A stretch of 50,339 bases of DNA from positions 1 to 50,339 of the forward strand of contig JBBPYA010000120.1 in NCBI GenBank assembly GCA_038200385.1, written 5' to 3'. Source of the DNA: Mycobacteriales bacterium (lineage in GTDB: Bacteria > Actinomycetota > Actinomycetes > Mycobacteriales > Geodermatophilaceae). The notes below the pieces were generated by a model that saw nothing but the letters and a program-made list of their open reading frames with translations, made no database searches and had not been told where the DNA came from. Below are positions 37,960-47,998 of the stretch, piece by piece (position 1 is the first letter of the stretch; each line of letters begins with the position of its first letter). A program made the position numbers and the translations under genes.

Positions 37960-40812
37960 TCAGGTCAGGACGAAGTTGATCAGGCGACCGGGCACCGTGA
38001 TCACCTTGCGGACGCTGTGCCCATCCAGGTGCGCGGCGATCTTTTCGTCGGCGCGCGCGGCGGTCTCCATCCCCGCCGCGTCGGCGTCGGCGGGCACCAC
38101 GACGGTGGAGCGCACCTTGCCGTTGACCTGGACCGGGATCTCGACGGTGTCGTCGACCAGGTACGCCGCGTCGGCGACCGGGAACGCCTGCCAGGTCAGC
38201 GATTCCGGGTGGCCCAGCATCGACCACAGCTCCTCGGCCGCGTGCGGGGCCAGCGGGGCCAGCATCAGGACCAGCGATTCGGCCACCGCCACCGGGACAC
38301 CACCGTCGGCGTACGTCGTCGTCAGGTGGTTGGTCAGCTCGGTGATCTTTGCGATCGCGATGTTGAACCGCAGCGTCTGCATGCCGTCGCGGACCGCCGC
38401 GATGGTGCGGTGCAGCACGCGCATCGTGTCCACCGGCACCGGGGCGTCCGCTGTCCGCACCGCGTCGGTGTGCTCGTCGACGACGACCCGCCAGATCCGC
38501 TGCAGCAGCCGCATCGAGCCGACGACCGCCTTGGTCTCCCACGGCCGGGACTGGTCCATCGGCCCGGTGAACATCTCGTACAGCCGCAGGGTGTCCGCGC
38601 CGTACTCGGCGTACATCTCGTCCGGCGTCACGGAGTTCTTCAGGCTCTTGCCCATCTTCCCGAACTCGCGCCGCAGTTCCTGCTCTCCCAGGAAGTACCG
38701 GCCGTCGCGCTGCTCGACCTTGTCCGCGTCCACGTACCGGCCGCGCTCGTCCTTGTACGCGTACGCCTGGACGTACCCCTGGTTGAACAGCCGACGGAAC
38801 GGTTCCTCGCTGGAGACATGGCCCAGGTCGAACAGCACCTTGTGCCAGAACCTCACGTACAGCAGGTGCAGGACGGCGTGCTCCACGCCGCCGACGTACA
38901 GGTCGACACCGCCGGTGTCCCCCACGAAGCGGGGGCCCATCCAGTACCGCTCGACCTCCGGATCGACGAACACCGCGTCGTTGGTCGGGTCCAGGTAGCG
39001 CAGCTCGTACCAGCACGAGCCGGCCCACTGCGGCATGGTGTTCAGCTCGCGGCGGTACTCCTGCTCCCCCTCCCCCAGGTCCAGTCGCACGGGCACCCAG
39101 TCGCGGGCCCGCCCCAGGGGCGGTTCGGGTTCGGAGTTCTCGTCCTCCGACGTGGTCGGGGAGAAGTCCTCCATGTCCGGCAGTTCGACGGGCAGCAGGT
39201 CCTCGGGCAGCGGCTGGGGCAACCCGTCGTCGCCGTACACGATCGGGAACGGCTCGCCCCAGTACCGCTGCCGGCTGAACAGCCAGTCCCGCAGCTTGTA
39301 CGTGATCGACGGCACCCCGGCGCCGACGCCGGCCAGCCAGCCGATCATCGCCGCCTTGGCCGCCGCCACGCCCATCCCGTTCAGGTCCAGGGTGGCGTTG
39401 GCAGAGTTGATCGCCGGACCCTCGCCGGTGTACGCCGCCCCGTCGAAACCGGCCGAGGGCTGCACGGTACGCACGATCGGCAGGTCGAAGGCGACCGCGA
39501 AATCCCAGTCGCGCTGGTCCTGGCCCGGCACCGCCATGATGGCGCCCGTCCCGTAACCCATCAGGACGTAGTCGGCGATGAAGACCGGGATCCGGGTCCC
39601 GGTCGCGGGATTGACCGCGAAACTGCCGGCGAACACGCCGGTCTTGGTCTTGGCCTCCACCTGGCGTTCCAGCTCGCTGCGCTGCGCGGCCGCCCGCTGG
39701 TACGCCGTGATCGCCTCGGTGGGCGACGCCGCCCCCGCCGTCCAGGACTCGGGAACCCCGGCCGGCCACTGGGGCGGGGTCAGTGCCGCAATCAGCGGAT
39801 GTTCGGGGGCCAGCACCATGTACGTCGCGCCGAACAGGGTGTCCGGTCGGGTGGTGAACACCTCGATGCCGGGACCGGCCTCGGTGCCGAACGTGATCGT
39901 TGCGCCGGTGGAACGGCCGATCCAGTTGCGCTGCATCAGTTTGATCGAGTCCGACCAGTCCAGCCGGTCCAGGTCGGCCAGCAGCCGGTCGGCGAACGCG
40001 GTGATCCGCATCATCCACTGCTTCATCGGGCGCCGGTACACCGGGAAGTTGCCGCGATCGCTCCGCCCGTCGGCGGTGACCTCCTCGTTGGCCAGCACCG
40101 TGCCCAGCCCCGGACACCAGTTGACGGTGGCCTTGCTCAGGTACGCCAGCCGGTGGTTGTTGACCACCTCACGGCGCTGCGACGCTGACAGCTCGGCCCA
40201 CGGCAGCCCGAACGGATCGGTCCCCGGGCCTGGCTCGCGGCTGCCGGCGTCCAGCTCGGCGATCAGCTCCGCGATCGGCCGGCCGCGTTGCGCCGCGATG
40301 TCGAACCAGGAATTGAAGATCTGCAGGAAGATCCACTGCGTCCAGCGGTAGTAGCCGACGTCGGCGGTGGCCACCGACCGCCGCGGGTCGTGGCCCAGCC
40401 CCAGCCGCCGCAGCTGCCGCCGGTAGTTGTCGATGTTGGCAGCTGTGGTCAGCCTCGGATGCTGTCCGGTCTCGACGGCGTACTGCTCAGCGGGCAGCCC
40501 GAAGGCGTCGAAGCCCATGGCGTGCAACACATGGTGGCCGTTCATCCGCTGGAAGCGGGCGAACACGTCGGTCCCGATGAAGCCCAGCGGATGCCCGACG
40601 TGCAGCCCGGCGCCGGAGGGGTAGGGGAACATGTCGTTGATGTACAGCTTGGGTCGCCCGACCACCTCGTCGAAGCCCGCGGACAGCGCGCCGGTCGGGT
40701 TGGGGGTGTGGAACGTTCCCTCTGCGGCCCAGCGGTCCTGCCACGCCAGCTCGATCCGGCGGGCCGTCTCGGCGGTGTAGCGGTACGGCGGGGTGTCGCT
40801 CGGCTCGGTCAT
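37960..40812 (-). CDS. leuS: leucine--tRNA ligase
   Basis: The HIGH motif (LHVGHPLGF), the KMSKS motif (KMGKSLKNS) and a CP1 editing region are present. The start is taken at the ATG at 40812 ([12 protein letters not shown]...), and the 41 upstream in-frame codons were rejected. Confidence 0.93.
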   Translation of the reverse strand: MTEPSDTPPYRYTAETARRIELAWQDRWAAEGTFHTPNPTGALSAGFDEVVGRPKLYINDMFPYPSGAGLHVGHPLGFIGTDVFARFQRMNGHHVLHAMGFDAFGLPAEQYAVETGQHPRLTTAANIDNYRRQLRRLGLGHDPRRSVATADVGYYRWTQWIFLQIFNSWFDIAAQRGRPIAELIAELDAGSREPGPGTDPFGLPWAELSASQRREVVNNHRLAYLSKATVNWCPGLGTVLANEEVTADGRSDRGNFPVYRRPMKQWMMRITAFADRLLADLDRLDWSDSIKLMQRNWIGRSTGATITFGTEAGPGIEVFTTRPDTLFGATYMVLAPEHPLIAALTPPQWPAGVPESWTAGAASPTEAITAYQRAAAQRSELERQVEAKTKTGVFAGSFAVNPATGTRIPVFIADYVLMGYGTGAIMAVPGQDQRDWDFAVAFDLPIVRTVQPSAGFDGAAYTGEGPAINSANATLDLNGMGVAAAKAAMIGWLAGVGAGVPSITYKLRDWLFSRQRYWGEPFPIVYGDDGLPQPLPEDLLPVELPDMEDFSPTTSEDENSEPEPPLGRARDWVPVRLDLGEGEQEYRRELNTMPQWAGSCWYELRYLDPTNDAVFVDPEVERYWMGPRFVGDTGGVDLYVGGVEHAVLHLLYVRFWHKVLFDLGHVSSEEPFRRLFNQGYVQAYAYKDERGRYVDADKVEQRDGRYFLGEQELRREFGKMGKSLKNSVTPDEMYAEYGADTLRLYEMFTGPMDQSRPWETKAVVGSMRLLQRIWRVVVDEHTDAVRTADAPVPVDTMRVLHRTIAAVRDGMQTLRFNIAIAKITELTNHLTTTYADGGVPVAVAESLVLMLAPLAPHAAEELWSMLGHPESLTWQAFPVADAAYLVDDTVEIPVQVNGKVRSTVVVPADADAAGMETAARADEKIAAHLDGHSVRKVITVPGRLINFVLT

Positions 40813-40842
40813 CACGGTGCTCCCAGTAGCGATCCGGACATG

Positions 40843-40869
40843 AAAAGACCCCTCGGGCCACGAGGGGTC
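40843..40869 (-). terminator. intrinsic-terminator-like hairpin with U-tract inside the leuS 5' leader (candidate attenuator)
   Basis: The minus strand reads GACCCCUCG-UGGCC-CGAGGGGUC followed by UUUUC. It ends about 30 nt upstream of the leuS ATG. Confidence 0.45.
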
Positions 40870-40997
40870 GCCGTACCGGAAGGTGGCGTTACCGGCACGG
40901 CCCACAAAGCAGGAGCCGACGCTGCGACATGCCATGGACTATAGCCGGGATGCCAAGCCCGATTGCGGTATGACGTCGGTCGAAGCCCGACACCGCG

Positions 40998-41037
40998 GCG
41001 CCCTGCGTGGCGCCCTGCGTGGCGCCTGCGTGGTGCC
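40998..41037. repeat. 12-bp tandem repeat (GGCGCCCTGCGT x about 3) in the leuS / repeat-protein divergent intergenic region
   Basis: The copies are at 40998-41009, 41010-21 and 41022-32 (one base shorter), followed by a partial unit. Confidence 0.85.
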
Positions 41038-41092
41038 CGGTCCGGCGACAGGGCAGGATGGGACAACACCCAGGCGGAGGAGAGGCGACGGC

Positions 41093-42277
41093 GTGTTCGG
41101 CATCAGGAGCAAGACCCGCAGCCAGGTCATCGGCGAGGAGCTCAACGAGGGACTGGAGCACGTCCGCGCCGCTGCCGGTGAAGCGGTCGCCGGCGCCGCC
41201 GAGGCGATCGGGCCGCGGGTCGAGGCAGCCCGCGAGGCGCTGGCCCCCCGCGTCGAAGCCGCCCGCGACGCCCTCGTCCCGCAGCTCGACGCGGCCCGCG
41301 AGGTCCTCGTCACCCGTTTCGAGGCCGCCCGCGAGGCCGCGGCACCGCGCCTGGACGCGGCCCGGGATGCGGTGGTGCCGCAGTTGGACAGGGCGGTGGC
41401 CGGCGCAGGTTCGGCCGCGGCCACGGTGGCGGCGCGCAGCCGCGGGGCTGCCCACGCGGCCAGGGAGCAGGCCGGGCAAGCCGCCCAGACGGCCAGGGAA
41501 AATGCCGCGCAGGCCGCTGCCGATCTCCGCGAGCAGGCCCGCGACGCCGCGGAGGCAACCCGCGAGCGCGCCGAGCAGACCGGCAAGGACGCCCGCACGC
41601 TCGGTCGCCGCGCGACCCGCAAGGCCCAGAAGCAGGCCGACCAGACCCGCAAGCAGGCCGGCAAGCGGCTGGACTCGGCGCGCAAGGAGGTCGGCAGGAC
41701 CGGCTCACAGGCCGGCAAGCAACTGGACAAGCAGCGGGACAGCGCGCGCAAGGAGGTCGGCAGGGCCGGCTCCCAGGCGGGCAAGCAGCTGTGGATGGCC
41801 CGCAAGGAGGCCGGCAAGAGCGGCTCACACGCGCTGGCACTGGCCGCCCAGGCCGGGACCGTCTTCCGCAACCGCGCGGACTCGGCGGTATCCGAGGTCG
41901 GCAAGGACACCAAGCCGCGGCGGTGGCCGTGGCTGCTCGCCGCCCTGGGCCTCGGTGCTGCGGTGGCCGTCGCCGTACAACGCCGCAAGGATCCATGGTC
42001 GGAGGCCACAGCGCCGCCGCCGGCCAGTCCGCCGCCCCCGCCGATCAGCGTGCCGCCGCCCGCTCCGTCCCCCGCCCCGCCGACCTCGCCGCCCGCTGAC
42101 TCACACACCCATCCGCTGGCGACCCCCGCACTACCGCCGGAGGGCGTGTCCGGGTCGGACGAGGCGGTGCTCGATGCGCCCCTGGAGGAGGAGACCGCCG
42201 AGTTCGGGACGCCCGACGGTGCGCCCGGCACCGACCCAACGGTGTCGGACCCCGACGCCCCGGCAGGCGACCGGTAG
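41093..42277 (+). CDS. membrane-anchored protein with apolipoprotein/LEA-like 11-residue helical repeats and Pro-rich C-terminus
   Basis: The GTG at 41093 follows GGAGGAGAGG. There are six 33-bp repeats (PRVEAAREALA and similar), followed by RKEVGRxGSQAGKQL repeats. The TM segment WPWLLAALGLGAAVAVAV and a Pro-rich tail follow. GC3 rises only after 41093. Confidence 0.65.
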   Translation: MFGIRSKTRSQVIGEELNEGLEHVRAAAGEAVAGAAEAIGPRVEAAREALAPRVEAARDALVPQLDAAREVLVTRFEAAREAAAPRLDAARDAVVPQLDRAVAGAGSAAATVAARSRGAAHAAREQAGQAAQTARENAAQAAADLREQARDAAEATRERAEQTGKDARTLGRRATRKAQKQADQTRKQAGKRLDSARKEVGRTGSQAGKQLDKQRDSARKEVGRAGSQAGKQLWMARKEAGKSGSHALALAAQAGTVFRNRADSAVSEVGKDTKPRRWPWLLAALGLGAAVAVAVQRRKDPWSEATAPPPASPPPPPISVPPPAPSPAPPTSPPADSHTHPLATPALPPEGVSGSDEAVLDAPLEEETAEFGTPDGAPGTDPTVSDPDAPAGDR

Positions 42278-42307
42278 CACCTCCGGCCCGCGCGTAGGCT
42301 GGCGCAG

Positions 42308-43282
42308 GTGAGTTCTCTGCCGGCCTCGGACGTCCAGCCAGCGGGCCGCAAGATGCTGCGGCTGGAGGTTCGCAACTCCCGGACCCCGATCGAGCGCAAG
42401 CCGCCGTGGATCAAGACCCGGCTGCGCACCGGACCGGAGTTCACCGCGCTCAAGGCGCTTGTGCAGCGCGAGGGGCTGCACACGGTGTGCGAGGAAGCCG
42501 GCTGCCCCAACATCTACGAGTGCTGGGAGGACCGCGAGGCGACCTTCCTCATCGGCGGCGACCAGTGCACCCGGCGCTGCGACTTCTGCCAGATCGACAC
42601 CGGCAAGCCGGCTGATCTCGACCGCGACGAGCCGCGCCGGGTCGCGGAGTCGATCGCGACGATGGGTCTGCGCTACGCCACCGTGACCGGAGTAGCCCGC
42701 GACGACCTGCCCGACGGCGGGGCCTGGTTGTACGCCGAGACCGTGCGGGAGATCCACCGGCAGCTTCCCGGCTGCGGCGTGGAACTGCTGATCCCGGACT
42801 TCAACGCCGACCCCGGACAGCTGGCCGAGGTGTTCGACTCCGCCCCCGAGGTGCTGGCGCACAACGTGGAGACGGTGCCGCGCATCTTCAAACGGATCCG
42901 ACCCGGCTTCCGGTACGAGCGCTCGCTCGAGGTGCTCCGCCGGGCCCGCGCGGCCGGCCTGGTGACCAAGTCCAATCTGATCCTGGGCCTGGGCGAGTTG
43001 CCCGAGGAGATAGTTCCGGCGATGCAGGATCTGTACGACGCCGGCTGCGAGTTGCTGACGATCACCCAGTACCTTCGCCCGTCGCCGCGGCACCACCCGG
43101 TGGACCGCTGGGTCAAGCCCGAGGAGTTCGTCGACCTGCAGCGCCAGGGCGAGCAGGTCGGGTTCGCCGGCGTGATGAGCGGGCCGCTGGTGCGCTCGTC
43201 GTACCGCGCCGGCCGGCTGCACCAGCAGGCGATCGCCTCCCGCACCCCCGCCCCGGACGAGGTCGCCACCAGCCGACGCTGA
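42308..43282 (+). CDS. lipA: lipoyl synthase (radical SAM)
   Basis: The motifs [13 protein letters not shown] and [10 protein letters not shown] (CxxxCxxC) are present over the full length. Confidence 0.94.
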   Translation: MSSLPASDVQPAGRKMLRLEVRNSRTPIERKPPWIKTRLRTGPEFTALKALVQREGLHTVCEEAGCPNIYECWEDREATFLIGGDQCTRRCDFCQIDTGKPADLDRDEPRRVAESIATMGLRYATVTGVARDDLPDGGAWLYAETVREIHRQLPGCGVELLIPDFNADPGQLAEVFDSAPEVLAHNVETVPRIFKRIRPGFRYERSLEVLRRARAAGLVTKSNLILGLGELPEEIVPAMQDLYDAGCELLTITQYLRPSPRHHPVDRWVKPEEFVDLQRQGEQVGFAGVMSGPLVRSSYRAGRLHQQAIASRTPAPDEVATSRR

Positions 43283-43311
43283 CCACCGGCGGCGACCCGT
43301 AAACTGCACGC

Positions 43312-44073
43312 ATGGCCGCATCGTCAGGCAAGTCGTCGACGAAGAAGGCGACCCCCCTCACCCGTAAGGAACGCCGCGCGGCCAAAAGGGCCAACAAGCC
43401 GCCGCGGGGCGCCCGGATCAAGCAGATCCGGCAGGCCTACAAGATCTCCAAGCAGCACGACCCGAAGCTGCCCTGGGTCATCCTGATCACCGCGGTCGTC
43501 GTGTTCACGGTGATCGAGGTCCCAGCGATCCTGTTCTGGAACCCCTGGATCTTCCTGCCGCTGGCGCTGGCCGCAGCGGTCCTGGCCGGGCTCGTCGTGT
43601 TCAGTCGGCGGGCCCAGCGCACGGCGTTCGACCAGGTGGAGGGCCAACCGGGCGCGGCCGCCTGGGTGCTGCAAGGGATGCGTGGGGACTGGCGGGTCAG
43701 CACCGGCGTCGCCGGCAACTCCCAGCTCGACGCCGTCCACCGGGTCCTCGGTCGGCCGGGGGTCATGCTCGTCGCCGAGGGGGCACCGCACCGGGTCAAG
43801 AGCCTGCTGGCGCAGGAGAAGAAGAAGGTCGCCCGGGTGGTCGGCACCGTCCCGATCTACGACATCCTGGTCGGTGAGGAGTCCGGTCAGGTGCCGCTGA
43901 CCAAGCTCAGCGCGCATGTCATGAAGCTGCCGCGCAACATCACCGCCGGGCAGGTAAACACCCTCGAACGCCGGCTGTCCGCGCTGGGCGGGATGAAGAT
44001 GCCGATCCCGCAGGGCCCGGCGCCCAAGGGCGCCACGATGAGCGTCAGCCAGCGGACCCTGCGCCGCCGCTAG
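43312..44073 (+). CDS. DUF4191 domain membrane protein
   Basis: It has a basic N-terminus (KRANKPPRGARIKQIRQAYKISKQHDPKLPW) followed by two TM segments. It is syntenic with Mtb Rv2219, between lipA and glnA. Confidence 0.78.
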   Translation: MAASSGKSSTKKATPLTRKERRAAKRANKPPRGARIKQIRQAYKISKQHDPKLPWVILITAVVVFTVIEVPAILFWNPWIFLPLALAAAVLAGLVVFSRRAQRTAFDQVEGQPGAAAWVLQGMRGDWRVSTGVAGNSQLDAVHRVLGRPGVMLVAEGAPHRVKSLLAQEKKKVARVVGTVPIYDILVGEESGQVPLTKLSAHVMKLPRNITAGQVNTLERRLSALGGMKMPIPQGPAPKGATMSVSQRTLRRR

Positions 44074-44085
44074 CCGGGGCCGTCC

Positions 44086-44123
44086 GTAACGCGCCGGAAA
44101 CAACCCGGTGACCGCCGGGCAAC
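44086..44123 (+). promoter_or_regulatory. double GlnR box upstream of glnA
   Basis: GTAAC-n6-GAAAC-n6-GTGAC-n6-GCAAC matches the actinobacterial GlnR a-site/b-site consensus gTnAc-n6-GaAAc twice. It lies 50 nt upstream of the glnA ATG. Confidence 0.65.
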
Positions 44124-44172
44124 GCACCGGACCTAGCGTCCGGGCATCCGCACCCGCGCATCCGGAGGATCC

Positions 44173-45597
44173 ATGTTCGCCAGTCCCGACGAGGTCATCG
44201 AATACGTCAAGGAGCACGACGTCCGCTACATCGACGTCCGGTTCTGCGACCTGCCCGGAGTGATGCAGCACTTCACGATCCCGGCCGCCGGCGCGATCGA
44301 CGACCTGTTCGAGGAGGGGCTGGCCTTCGACGGCTCCTCGATCCGCGGCTTCCAGGCCATCCACGAGTCGGACATGCTGCTGCTGCCGGACTACAGCAGC
44401 GCCGTACTCGACCCGTTCCGGATCGAGAAGACGCTGAACATCAACTTCTTCATCCACGACCCGTTCACCCGCGAGGCGTACAGCCGCGACCCGCGCAACG
44501 TGGCGAAAAAGGCCGAGACGTACCTCGCGAGCAGCGGGATCGCCGACGCAGCGTACTTCGGCCCCGAGGCGGAGTTCTACATCTTCGACTCGGTCCGCTT
44601 CGACACCACGATCAACTCCGGCTACTACTACGTCGACTCGGTGGCCGGCTCCTGGAACTCCGGCAAGGACGAGCCCGGCGGCAACCTCGGCTACAAGGTC
44701 CGGCAGAAGGGCGGGTACTTCCCGGTCTCGCCGTACGACCACTACGCCGACCTGCGCAACGCGATGAGCACCGCCCTGACCGGGGTCGGCATCGAGGTCG
44801 AGCGGGCCCACCACGAGGTGGGCACGGCCGGCCAGGCCGAAATCAACTACAAGTTCGACACTCTGCTGCACGCCGCGGACAAGCTGATGCTGTTCAAGTA
44901 CGTCATCAAGAACACCGCGTGGGCCGCCGGCAAGACCGTGACGTTCATGCCCAAGCCGCTCTTCGGCGACAACGGCTCCGGGATGCACTGCCACCAGTCG
45001 CTGTGGCTGGAGGGCGAGCCGCTGTTCCACGCCGAGACGGGGTACGCCGGACTGTCCGACACCGCGCGCTACTACATCGGTGGCCTGCTCACGCACGCGC
45101 CGTCGCTGCTGGCGTTCACCAACCCGACCACGAACTCCTACCACCGCCTGGTGCCCGGCTACGAGGCGCCGGTCAACCTGGTGTACTCCCAGCGCAACCG
45201 GTCGGCCTGCTGCCGGATCCCGATCACCGGCAACAGCCCCAAGGCCAAGCGGATCGAGTTCCGCGTGCCCGACCCGTCGTGCAACCCCTACCTCGCGTTC
45301 TCGGCCATGATGATGGCCGGGTTGGACGGGATCCGGAACAAGATCGAGCCCGCCGCCCCGATCGACAAGGACCTGTACGAGCTGCCGCCGGACGAGGCGG
45401 CCGGCGTACCCCAGGTGCCCGGCACCCTCGCGGAGGTCATCGACAACCTCGAGGCCGACCACGAGTACCTGCTCGACGGCGGGGTGTTCACCTCCGACCT
45501 GATCGAAACCTGGATCGACTACAAGCGGGCCAACGAGATCGACCCGATCCGGCTGCGCCCGCACCCGCACGAATACGCGATGTACTTCGACATGTAG
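44173..45597 (+). CDS. glnA: type I glutamine synthetase
   Basis: The motifs [34 protein letters not shown] and the adenylylation-loop KDLYELPP are present over 474 aa. Confidence 0.95.
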   Translation: MFASPDEVIEYVKEHDVRYIDVRFCDLPGVMQHFTIPAAGAIDDLFEEGLAFDGSSIRGFQAIHESDMLLLPDYSSAVLDPFRIEKTLNINFFIHDPFTREAYSRDPRNVAKKAETYLASSGIADAAYFGPEAEFYIFDSVRFDTTINSGYYYVDSVAGSWNSGKDEPGGNLGYKVRQKGGYFPVSPYDHYADLRNAMSTALTGVGIEVERAHHEVGTAGQAEINYKFDTLLHAADKLMLFKYVIKNTAWAAGKTVTFMPKPLFGDNGSGMHCHQSLWLEGEPLFHAETGYAGLSDTARYYIGGLLTHAPSLLAFTNPTTNSYHRLVPGYEAPVNLVYSQRNRSACCRIPITGNSPKAKRIEFRVPDPSCNPYLAFSAMMMAGLDGIRNKIEPAAPIDKDLYELPPDEAAGVPQVPGTLAEVIDNLEADHEYLLDGGVFTSDLIETWIDYKRANEIDPIRLRPHPHEYAMYFDM

Positions 45598-45649
45598 CCA
45601 TAACTGGCCTTTGAGCTGCGGTTATTCGGTCAGGACCCCTGTGCGTTAC

Positions 45650-46618
45650 TCAGCATTCCTCAGCCCGATCAGCCAGCACAGCGCCACCGGTGGCTCTGGC
45701 GGACTCGTCGCTGTCAGGCCAGAGGTGCCCGTGGACGTCCAGCGTCGTCTTCGCGCTGCCGTGCCTGAGCCGGTGTTGCACTACTTCGACGTCCAGGCCG
45801 CTACCGACCAGCAGCGACGCGAGGTAGTAGTGCCGCAGATCGTGGAAGCGGAACTTCCCGGGCAGCCCGGCGACCCTCGGCCGGGCCGCCCGGATCGCCC
45901 GCTCGATCGTCCAGGTCGACGTCTGCCGGCCGGTGCCGTCGGTGACGAGGTGGTTGCCACCCCACCGCCTCACCGCCGCCGACAGCTGCTTGCATGAAGT
46001 CGACGTCGCTGACTCGCAGGCCGACCACCTCGGCGGTTCGCAGGCCGACGAAGGCGCTCAGCAGGATCGCGGGGCGCAGGTGCTCGGTAACGGCGTCGTG
46101 CAGTGACCACACCTGAGCCGTGGTGGCTACGTACGGTCGCTGGACGCCCGCCCGCGGGGAGGTCCGCCGCGAGCACGGTTGCGAGCGAGGATGCCGTCGT
46201 GCACCGCGTCGCTCATCACCTGGGACAACCGGGAGTGGAGCGCGTAGACGTAGCTGTCGGCGAACCCGTCGGCCTTCAGCTTGGCCGTCCACAACCGCAC
46301 CGCAGAGGGTCGCAGCGCGGACAACGGCATTGCGCCGAACGCCGTAGTGATCTGCGCGAGGTGCACACGCGCTTGATGCACCGTGCAAGGACGTTTCGTC
46401 GCGTACCCCGTCAACCAGGTTGCGCACCACTCGGCGACGGTCGTCTTGGCCGTCTTTGGGTCGACGTAGACGCCGGTGACGATGCTCGCCGTCGTCTCAT
46501 CGAGCCACCGTTGCGCGTCGACCTTCTTCGTGAAGCACCGCGTCACCTGCGTGCCGCCGGGCGCTGCTCAGTAGCGCGCCCGCCACGATCCATTGGACCG
46601 CTTGCTGATGCTGGCCAT
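45650..46618 (-). pseudogene. decayed tyrosine recombinase (phage/ICE-type integrase)
   Basis: The N-terminus MASISKRSNGSWRARY is followed by a TGA. The SAM-like domain (KKVDAQRWLDE...), the core (RPYVATTAQVW...GLRTAEVVGLRVSDVDFM) and the catalytic end (FRFHDLRHY...RLRHGSAKTTLDVHGHLWPDSDES) lie in different frames. The expected catalytic Tyr reads His. Confidence 0.75.
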
Positions 46619-46789
46619 CGTCCCCGCCCCTCCGGGGCATCGCCCCAGGCTGCGCTCGCTCGTTGCGTCAGCGTGCCCGCGGTCGCGGACGGGTGACCAC
46701 TGGCACGCAAACGACGTCGGCTACGGTCCGTTTGGCGACGTTGATGTCGACCTCTGGACAGAACTGACAACGAAGATACCGCTGCCGTG

Positions 46790-46870
46790 AACGACCGCGG
46801 CGACGTGCACATCAAGGTGGGTGTCGACGCCGCCGGTAACGAGTGGGCGTGCTTCTGCGATCGTGGTCAT
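46790..46870 (-). mobile_element. IS110-family transposase N-terminal fragment (about 27 codons)
   Basis: The minus strand reads MTTIAEARPLVTGGVDTHLDVHVAAVV, a DEDD_Tnp_IS110 N-terminal signature. Similarity is then lost and a stop follows. Confidence 0.5.
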
Positions 46871-47109
46871 GTCCGTCCTCTGGCTCGCACTGGCAGGGCG
46901 GGCACGGCGCGGCGCGGCGGTGGTCGGACAGTCCAGGGACGGGTGCCTGACGCAACCCCTACGAGGTCACTCTCACCAGCGGGGTGCCAGGTCGTCTCCC
47001 GCCCCACCGACGGATCGGATCCAGGGCAGCGGTTCGCGCCGGGGCTAAGAAGAGTCAAGCCGGGCGGGAGAACGACTCCATCCCACATCCCTGGGCTATA
47101 ATGCCCGGG

Positions 47110-47901
47110 ATGTTCCTCAGCGACAGGGACCTACGGGCCATGCTGCGGCTCACTCGCCGGTACGACGACGTCGAAGCCGACGAGGTGTTGCCGGCGGAGC
47201 TGTGCCAGGACCTGGTTGATCTCGTCCGCTGCGACGACCTGTCGCTGAGCGGCCAGGACAGCGTGCTGCGGTCGTCATTCGCTCATCCTGAGTACGGCGA
47301 CATGGACGACCATGTCGCGCCGGAAGGCGACCTCTTCTGGCACCACTACTACGACCAGCTGCAGTGCACATACCCGGACCGGACCGGAGACATCTCGTCG
47401 GTCATCAAGACCAGCGACTTCTACAGCTTGCGGCGGTGGCACAGCCACGGCATGTACGTCGTCCGCGCGGCGGGCGGAAGCCAATGTGATCACGTGATGA
47501 TGCTGTGCCTGCCGGAAGGTCCGGCTCCTACCCGTCTCATGCGGGTGCTCTTCTTCCGGGAAGCGGGTTCGGACTTCACCGAACGCGACCGGGCAGTTCT
47601 CACTCTGCTGCGACCGCACCTGCATGCGGCCTACGAGGTGGCGAAGCGATCCCGCGACTGTCCGCCGCCGCTGACGAGCAGGCAGCGGGAGATCCTGCAG
47701 TACGTGGCCGCCGGGCACAGCAACTACCAGATCGCACGCCGTCTGCACGTCGCCGAGGGGACCGTCCGCAAGCACCTTGAGAACACCTTCGCTCGGCTCG
47801 GGGTCAGCAGCCGTGTCGCCGCCCTCGCGCGGGTGGGCCCGGAACTGTCCGCGCGCAGCCCCGGCCCGGCGATCGACGTGCCTGCCCTTCAGCACAGCTG
47901 A
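47110..47901 (+). CDS. LuxR-family transcriptional regulator (N-terminal sensor-like domain plus C-terminal HTH)
   Basis: The C-terminal LTSRQREILQYVAAGHSNYQIARRLHVAEGTVRKHLENTFARLGVSSR is a LuxR HTH. A TATAAT at 47097-47102 sits 7 nt before the ATG at 47110, suggesting a leaderless mRNA. The ATG at 47101 is an alternative. Confidence 0.8.
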   Translation: MFLSDRDLRAMLRLTRRYDDVEADEVLPAELCQDLVDLVRCDDLSLSGQDSVLRSSFAHPEYGDMDDHVAPEGDLFWHHYYDQLQCTYPDRTGDISSVIKTSDFYSLRRWHSHGMYVVRAAGGSQCDHVMMLCLPEGPAPTRLMRVLFFREAGSDFTERDRAVLTLLRPHLHAAYEVAKRSRDCPPPLTSRQREILQYVAAGHSNYQIARRLHVAEGTVRKHLENTFARLGVSSRVAALARVGPELSARSPGPAIDVPALQHS

Positions 47902-47998
47902 CGCACAGCCGTGATTGACTGCACCAGCCGCATTGCAGCGTTCGCCGCCGCGCCGACAACCCACCACGGTGTGGGGTGCCGGCACGGACGGTGCGTCC

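Noticed and set aside
37304-40117. A 937-aa minus-strand ORF, plus several ORFs of 400-700 aa overlapping leuS.
   Set aside because: They are out of frame with the well-supported LeuS frame (HIGH, KMSKS). Their composition is typical of GC-rich non-coding frames.
40870-41092. A possible T-box riboswitch in the leuS leader.
   Set aside because: CCGGUACGGCG next to the terminator stem partly resembles the UGGUACCGCG T-box core (about 8 of 12 positions). I could not identify Stem I, a specifier loop with a Leu codon, or an antiterminator alternative to the hairpin.
40883-41092. An upstream extension of the 11-mer-repeat protein ORF (464-aa version starting at 40883).
   Set aside because: The third-position GC is noticeably lower than in real genes here. 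The translation has no features. The strong SD GGAGGAGAGG sits just before the GTG at 41093.
43324-45570. A 748-aa minus-strand ORF antisense to the DUF4191 gene and glnA. Similar antisense ORFs occur at 25063-26499, 27087-28481 and 28536-30476.
   Set aside because: All are antisense shadows of strongly supported genes (glnA, pepA, lpdA, sucB) and have no motifs of their own.
45598-45649. A tRNA gene or att core expected next to the integrase.
   Set aside because: No cloverleaf-compatible sequence and no T-loop GGTTCGAAT-like motif was seen here or anywhere else in the window. I could not confirm any direct repeat partner within the window.
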